Assembly (NCBI GenBank): GCA_965222615.1
Contig: CBDCUI010000007.1
Span: 544,001-608,000 of the forward strand
Source of the DNA: Gammaproteobacteria bacterium
GTDB lineage: Bacteria > Pseudomonadota > Gammaproteobacteria > UBA4575
Direction of reading: 5' to 3'
DNA length: 64,000 nucleotides
Part shown: in pieces, positions 59,262-64,000 of the stretch
How positions within the stretch are numbered: position 1 is the stretch's first letter
Layout: each line of letters starts with the position of its first letter
The notes under the pieces: generated by a model
Told to the model about the DNA's origin: nothing
Database searches by the model: none
Seen by the model: the letters and a program-made list of their open reading frames with translations, nothing else
Position numbers and translations under genes: made by a program

Positions 59262-61295
59262 ATGAAAAAAATTTTTTTAGCTATAGTATTTATTTCACTA
59301 TTTACCCTTTTAAGTACAGCCCATTCCAACCAAACTCTCCCTATAGAAATAAATGGTGAAAGTTATCAAATTAAGTATTGGCCTAGCTATTTCGCTAAAG
59401 AACTAGATATAAATTACGTAGGTACTGATAAAGCTGATGCAGATAAAATAGATATCAGTTTTTATCGTGGCGAAGTCGTTGGTCATCCGGATTCACTGGT
59501 CACTCTTTCTAAAGCCGGTGATGATTTAAATGGCTTAGTATTCTTTTATGGTGAATACCATGAGATTGCTGGCACCATGTCTAAGTTAAATAATCAGTCA
59601 AACACTTCTATGCGAAGTGCAAAAATCCAGATCGCAGATATGGCGAAAAATGTGACACAAGAAATGTGCCCGATTCATACCCATGAACACCAAGAAATGC
59701 AAGCGACTGCTATGGTAACCATGGATACGAACACGAATGGTTTGCCTCCCATTGCATTTGCAGTTGGTAATGTAAATTTGGTCGCCGATGTTGCTTTGGC
59801 TTTAGACCCACAATATGTTTCCGTACATGGTGGCGCGACGAATGCTGTAATTAGAGCATTAGGAACGCTTGATAGGGCTGATATGTTTTATCGTCAAAAC
59901 AAACCCGCTACGGGGGCAGGTGGCTTGGGCATCGCGCTTAATAATGTAAGTGTCAATGTATACGCCAATACATTACCGTTTAATGTTGCCGATATCATCG
60001 ACGCCAGTCCCGATCTCAGTAACGGCTCGCGTCCTGAAATAGACGCCACCGCATATTTAACTAGAATTCAAGCTAACGGTGCAGCATTGTTTGGAAACAC
60101 ACGTACCGTAGGGGCCATGTTTAGTGGTTATGACTTAGACGATACTACTGTAGGTGATGGCGTCGCAGGACTGGCTTTTATTGCAACCACTTGTAGCAAT
60201 CTAGGTGTGAGTGTTTCAGAGGGTTGGGGTACCGAGGCCGCATCTGCTGTAATCACCGCACATGAAATTGCCCATAATTTTGGATCTTGTCATGATGGAG
60301 ACGGTATCCTAAATGCAGGACTAAATCTCTGTCCGGTTACCTCTGTTACTTGCCCTGCGAATGGTGGTTTTATTATGGCGCCATTTGTTAATGCGGTTGC
60401 TACACAATTTTCGCAGTGCTCTATTGCTAATATCGATTCTCACGCAAATCTACAAACCTGTTACAAACAGCCTATCGATATGCAAATTAGCTTACAAAAT
60501 GTTACCCCTGCCGTTAACAATACATTAAATCAAGGTGGCACAAGTGTACGAACATTTAGTGTAAGTAATATGGCTGATGTAATCCTCAGCAATATTAATA
60601 TCTCTGGCACATTAGCAAATCTTAGTGATCCCAATAATCCCAATACACAATATAGTGCAGTCACCTTAGAAGGCAACGCCTGTAGCATTGCGGCAAATGC
60701 TCAGTCTTATATTTGTTCGATTCCAACCATTGGTGCCAACAATGCCGATGTTCAACAAATCGTCGAAACCGTCACAGCTATAGGTACTGGCCAATATAAA
60801 TCTACAACCGAATACCGAAATGTCGTTGCCAATCAGCAAGTAGACATCGAACCACAAAATAGTATTGTAGAGCTAACGCAAGTTATTAATGTAAATGCGG
60901 CGGCTGCACCTCCTGCAGCACCGAGTAATGTACAAGCCATCGCATTATCCACTGGAGACATTCAAGTAAGCTGGACCGATAACAGTAACAATGAGGCTGG
61001 TTTTATTATTGAACGTAGTGAAGATGCGGGCGTAATGTATACGGTTATTCAAAATAACATTGCGGCAAATACTACAAGCTATGTAGACACCAATCTTGTT
61101 GAAGGCACGACCTATACGTACCGCGTCTCGGCAAGTAATAACATGGGCGCAGTAGTCGCAGCTAGTACACCAAGTGCTACCTCTTCTACCAACGCTGTTA
61201 TTTCTTCTGGTGGTGGTGGCGGAGGAGGTGGTGGTGCTTTTTATATTTTGTCATTGTTTTTGTTACTAGCACGAACTTTAACAAGGTCTAAATAA
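59262..61295 (+). CDS. M12B reprolysin-like zinc metalloprotease with FN3 and GlyGly-CTERM
   Basis: AGLAF, HEIAHNFGSCHD, Met-turn FIMAP, FN3 SWTDNSNNEAGF, GGGGGGGGAF-TM-basic tail. Confidence 0.9.
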   Translation: MKKIFLAIVFISLFTLLSTAHSNQTLPIEINGESYQIKYWPSYFAKELDINYVGTDKADADKIDISFYRGEVVGHPDSLVTLSKAGDDLNGLVFFYGEYHEIAGTMSKLNNQSNTSMRSAKIQIADMAKNVTQEMCPIHTHEHQEMQATAMVTMDTNTNGLPPIAFAVGNVNLVADVALALDPQYVSVHGGATNAVIRALGTLDRADMFYRQNKPATGAGGLGIALNNVSVNVYANTLPFNVADIIDASPDLSNGSRPEIDATAYLTRIQANGAALFGNTRTVGAMFSGYDLDDTTVGDGVAGLAFIATTCSNLGVSVSEGWGTEAASAVITAHEIAHNFGSCHDGDGILNAGLNLCPVTSVTCPANGGFIMAPFVNAVATQFSQCSIANIDSHANLQTCYKQPIDMQISLQNVTPAVNNTLNQGGTSVRTFSVSNMADVILSNINISGTLANLSDPNNPNTQYSAVTLEGNACSIAANAQSYICSIPTIGANNADVQQIVETVTAIGTGQYKSTTEYRNVVANQQVDIEPQNSIVELTQVINVNAAAAPPAAPSNVQAIALSTGDIQVSWTDNSNNEAGFIIERSEDAGVMYTVIQNNIAANTTSYVDTNLVEGTTYTYRVSASNNMGAVVAASTPSATSSTNAVISSGGGGGGGGGAFYILSLFLLLARTLTRSK

Positions 61296-61354
61296 CAAGC
61301 ACTTTATTAAGCTTAATTTCCACTTTCTAAATAACTACTTTTGATTAAAAGTAG

Positions 61355-61729
61355 TTATTTAATTTCAACAATATCTTCCTTTAAGCTAGTCACAAAAGCC
61401 GCAATTTCATCACATTCTTGCTTGGGAATATTTAAAGCCCCCATCGTATCTCCAGCATAACCCATAAAAATTGCCCAATCACTTTCACTAATTCTCATGC
61501 CTTCATGGGAAGCCTTCATATCTCGTCCCGTGTAATACATCGGCCCTTGGGCATTTGCACATAAATAATCGATAAGCAATTGTTTCTCTCGCGCTACTCC
61601 ATCATCCCCTCTATGTTGCCAAAAACGACCTAGTTGTGGATCCGCCTCTAAGCGCGGTAATAGGTCTTCAACAAAAGAAGTAATGCCTTCGTAACCACCT
61701 AATCGTTCATATAGTGTTTTTTTACTCAT
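61355..61729 (-). CDS. group 1 truncated hemoglobin
   Basis: TLYERLGG, GPMYYTGRDMKASHEGM; RBS GGAGG. Confidence 0.9.
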   Translation of the reverse strand: MSKKTLYERLGGYEGITSFVEDLLPRLEADPQLGRFWQHRGDDGVAREKQLLIDYLCANAQGPMYYTGRDMKASHEGMRISESDWAIFMGYAGDTMGALNIPKQECDEIAAFVTSLKEDIVEIK

Positions 61730-61900
61730 GATTTCCTCCTGCTATATTATTTGCAAATAGCGGGTTCTATTAGGATCAAGAATTGCTCTTTATATAATAA
61801 CGGTAGCAAACTTCTATAGCATAAATTGACTGCCAAAGATAATGCCAATCTATGGTACTAATATACTGAGTTTTAACTATCGAATTTTTTCAGCTTTATA

Positions 61901-61931
61901 AAATAAAATCATGGCGATAAGTTGTCACCAT
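61901..61931 (-). terminator. terminator-like hairpin downstream of the riboswitch
   Basis: ATGGTGA-CAACTTA-TCGCCAT-GATTTTATTT. Confidence 0.45.
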
Positions 61932-62045
61932 AACTTAGACACGTTGTAGTATCGAGATGTGAGGATCCTAGCTAAGGGAAGTGTGGAAGCAAGGTAGACG
62001 GGGATTAGAAATAGAGAATGAGAGTTGTTGGAGAAGAGAGGTTCA

Positions 62046-62138
62046 CTATCTGGCAATCCCGCTGTCTTAGAATCCTTGCTTCCGTAGACCGGTAATTTTG
62101 CGCCCCTATCTTTCAATAGGTTTGCCTTTTTTCAGTAG
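62046..62138 (-). ncRNA. c-di-GMP-I (GEMM) riboswitch
   Basis: GGCAAACCTATT-GAAA-GATAGGGGCGCAAAATTACCGGTCTAC..GACAGCGGGATTGCCAG; P2 GNRA loop, P3 receptor region, G20 present. Confidence 0.88.
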
Positions 62139-62375
62139 TTTGGTTACTCCGTAATAAATTTATCAACGTGTTCAGTGTAGGTGGGTTTATGCATGAATAG
62201 CTTGAATTCAGTCACAATTTCTTGGCCCATGAATCTAACTGTGGCTTAGGCTCAAATTTATTTAATTCTCTTAAAATTCAATAAGTTATCGAGCCAAGGA
62301 CAACAAACGGTAGTAATTAGCCGATAGTTTACACAGAGCGCTTCCACTTCTATATCTGGTCTTTTCATTCTTTCA

Positions 62376-62411
62376 TAAAATGAATTATTACTATGAAAAC
62401 AATTCATTTTA
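62376..62411. promoter_or_regulatory. inverted repeat upstream of catalase (OxyR/LysR-like site)
   Basis: TAAAATGAATT-N14-AATTCATTTTA. Confidence 0.45.
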
Positions 62412-62516
62412 CTGAAATCAGCTTTTGCTTGATCATTATTCCTAAACGTAGTTTTCACGCCCTTAACTAACACAAGCTAAGAGCATATCGACACCTTCAA
62501 CTTTAGGAGAACAATT

Positions 62517-64000
62517 ATGGCAAACAATAAAATGACAACCTCAGCTGGCATTCCGATCGTGGATGATCAAAATGCCGTGACTGTAGGTAAACGCGGCCCC
62601 GTGTTAATGCAAGATGTTGCGTTAATGGAAAAGCTGGCACATTTCAATCGCGAAAGGATTCCAGAACGCGTAGTACATGCGAAAGGAACCGGGGCTTATG
62701 GAACTTTTACCCTGACACGCGATATGTCTGACTATACCATCGCAGATTTTTTAAATGGTAAAGATAAACAAACTGAAGTCTTTTTACGCTTTTCAACTGT
62801 TGGCGGTGAAATGGGTTCGGGAGATGCGGAACGCGATCCGCGTGGTTTTGCGGTGAAGTTTTATACTCGAGAAGGTAACCACGATATCGTTGGCAATAAT
62901 ACTCCGGTTTTCTTTATTCGAGACGGGCATAAATTTCCTGACTTTATTCATACCCAAAAACGTGACCCTAAAACCAATTTCAAGTCACCGGAAGCAGTGT
63001 GGGATTATTGGTCCTTGAATCCAGAAGCCATGCACCAAATTACCATTTTGATGTCTGATCGTGGCGTGCCCACTTCTTACCGACATATGAATGGTTACGG
63101 TTCGCATACCTTTGGCATGTGGAATAAAAACGCTGAACGCTTTTGGGTTAAGTTTCATTTTAAAACCAAACAAGGCATTCAATGTCTTAGCGAATCAAAA
63201 TCGCGTGAAATAATTGGACAAGACCCAGATAGTGCACAACGTGATTTAGTCGAGGCCATTGAGCATGGCGATTACCCGCAGTGGAGTGTTAACGTTCAGA
63301 TCATGCCAGAGAAGGAAGCCGAAACCTATAAAGTCAATCCATTTGATGTCACTAAGGTTTGGAATCATAGCGATTATCCATTGATTGAGATTGGCACTTT
63401 GGAACTCAATCGCAATGTGGAAAACTATTTTGCGGAAACTGAGCAATCTGCCTTTGCCCCTAGTAATATGGTTCCTGGTATTGGTGCATCCCCTGATAAA
63501 ATGTTGCAAGCTAGATTGTTTGCCTATCAAGATGCGCATCGTTATCGCATCGGCGCAAATTACAATCAGGTGTATGTGAATTGTCCACATGCCACACGTG
63601 CTCAAAATTATCAACGTGCTGGCGCGATGGCGGGAGTCATGCAACCGGGCTCTTACCAAAACAGTATTGACCATAGTGGAGCAAACTATTACCCGAACTC
63701 TAAGGGTGGACCGGTAGAGGGTACTCTAGTACCGGAACCAGCGTTGCGAATTTCCGGTGATGCCGATCGCTATGATCGAAACAAAGACAACGACGATTAC
63801 TCACAAGCTGGAGATTTGTTTCGCCTCATGTCTGAAGATCAACAACAACAATTAGCAAACAATATTGCAGGTGGTTTAAGTCAGTGTTCATCTGAAGTAC
63901 AAAAACGCATGTTGCCTCACTTTGATCAATGTGATCCAAAATATGGAAGCAAAGTGCGTGAAGCGATTGCTTCTATCATTGATATACGTAAGGCCAGCTA
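62517..64000 (+). CDS. katA: monofunctional heme catalase (stop codon at or just past the window edge)
   Basis: RBS AGGAG; FNRERIPERVVHAKG, RFSTV, RDPRGFA, RLFAYQDAHRYR; 494 codons then TA at the window end; absent from the ORF track. Confidence 0.95.
   Translation, partial: MANNKMTTSAGIPIVDDQNAVTVGKRGPVLMQDVALMEKLAHFNRERIPERVVHAKGTGAYGTFTLTRDMSDYTIADFLNGKDKQTEVFLRFSTVGGEMGSGDAERDPRGFAVKFYTREGNHDIVGNNTPVFFIRDGHKFPDFIHTQKRDPKTNFKSPEAVWDYWSLNPEAMHQITILMSDRGVPTSYRHMNGYGSHTFGMWNKNAERFWVKFHFKTKQGIQCLSESKSREIIGQDPDSAQRDLVEAIEHGDYPQWSVNVQIMPEKEAETYKVNPFDVTKVWNHSDYPLIEIGTLELNRNVENYFAETEQSAFAPSNMVPGIGASPDKMLQARLFAYQDAHRYRIGANYNQVYVNCPHATRAQNYQRAGAMAGVMQPGSYQNSIDHSGANYYPNSKGGPVEGTLVPEPALRISGDADRYDRNKDNDDYSQAGDLFRLMSEDQQQQLANNIAGGLSQCSSEVQKRMLPHFDQCDPKYGSKVREAIASIIDIRKAS

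Noticed and set aside
61925-62116. 63-aa ORF from the track
   Set aside because: It overlaps the c-di-GMP riboswitch, has a TTG start inside the P2 stem and no RBS
62258-62473. 71-aa minus-strand ORF
   Set aside because: Overlaps the catalase promoter region; no motif or clear RBS
2328-63674. Many short ORFs nested in or antisense to well-supported genes
   Set aside because: Shadow frames of real CDSs with no independent evidence

Overview
AT-rich gammaproteobacterial chromosome window, mostly housekeeping. In order: a type IV minor-pilin operon (fimT-pilVWXY1-pilY2-like-pilE), yajL-yibQ-ctpA-envC, an SqrR-like arsR-rhodanese-grxC-secB-gpsA operon, trmL/pyrD, glnA-DUF4124-ntrBC, glyQS-gmhB-plsC, tas/FIST/prk/sulP, trmB-thiG-thiS-thiO, a Fur-family gene, tRNA-Thr(CGT) followed by an accessory region, a GlyGly-CTERM metalloprotease, a truncated hemoglobin and a catalase. 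Most notable: (1) a 9-gene cluster (47.6-58.3 kb) encoding an ExbB/TolQ channel with two ExbD-TM/coiled-coil/VWA partners, an FHA-PEGA-FGE protein, an Hsp70/actin-like-FHA protein, a TPR protein and lipoproteins, which looks like an uncharacterised PMF-driven trans-envelope machine; (2) a sigma54-driven CsrB-like RNA with about 15 GGA motifs that also contains a 42-aa membrane-peptide ORF; (3) a c-di-GMP-I riboswitch with a C-rich rut-like tract upstream of the truncated hemoglobin; (4) a mobile mystery protein A/B module bounded by a 66-bp duplication of the ntrC 3' end; (5) a GIY-YIG gene flanked by GTCA-tagged repeats, a covarying double-hairpin array after the tRNA, and MITEs. All calls were made by eye; no database search or folding program was run.
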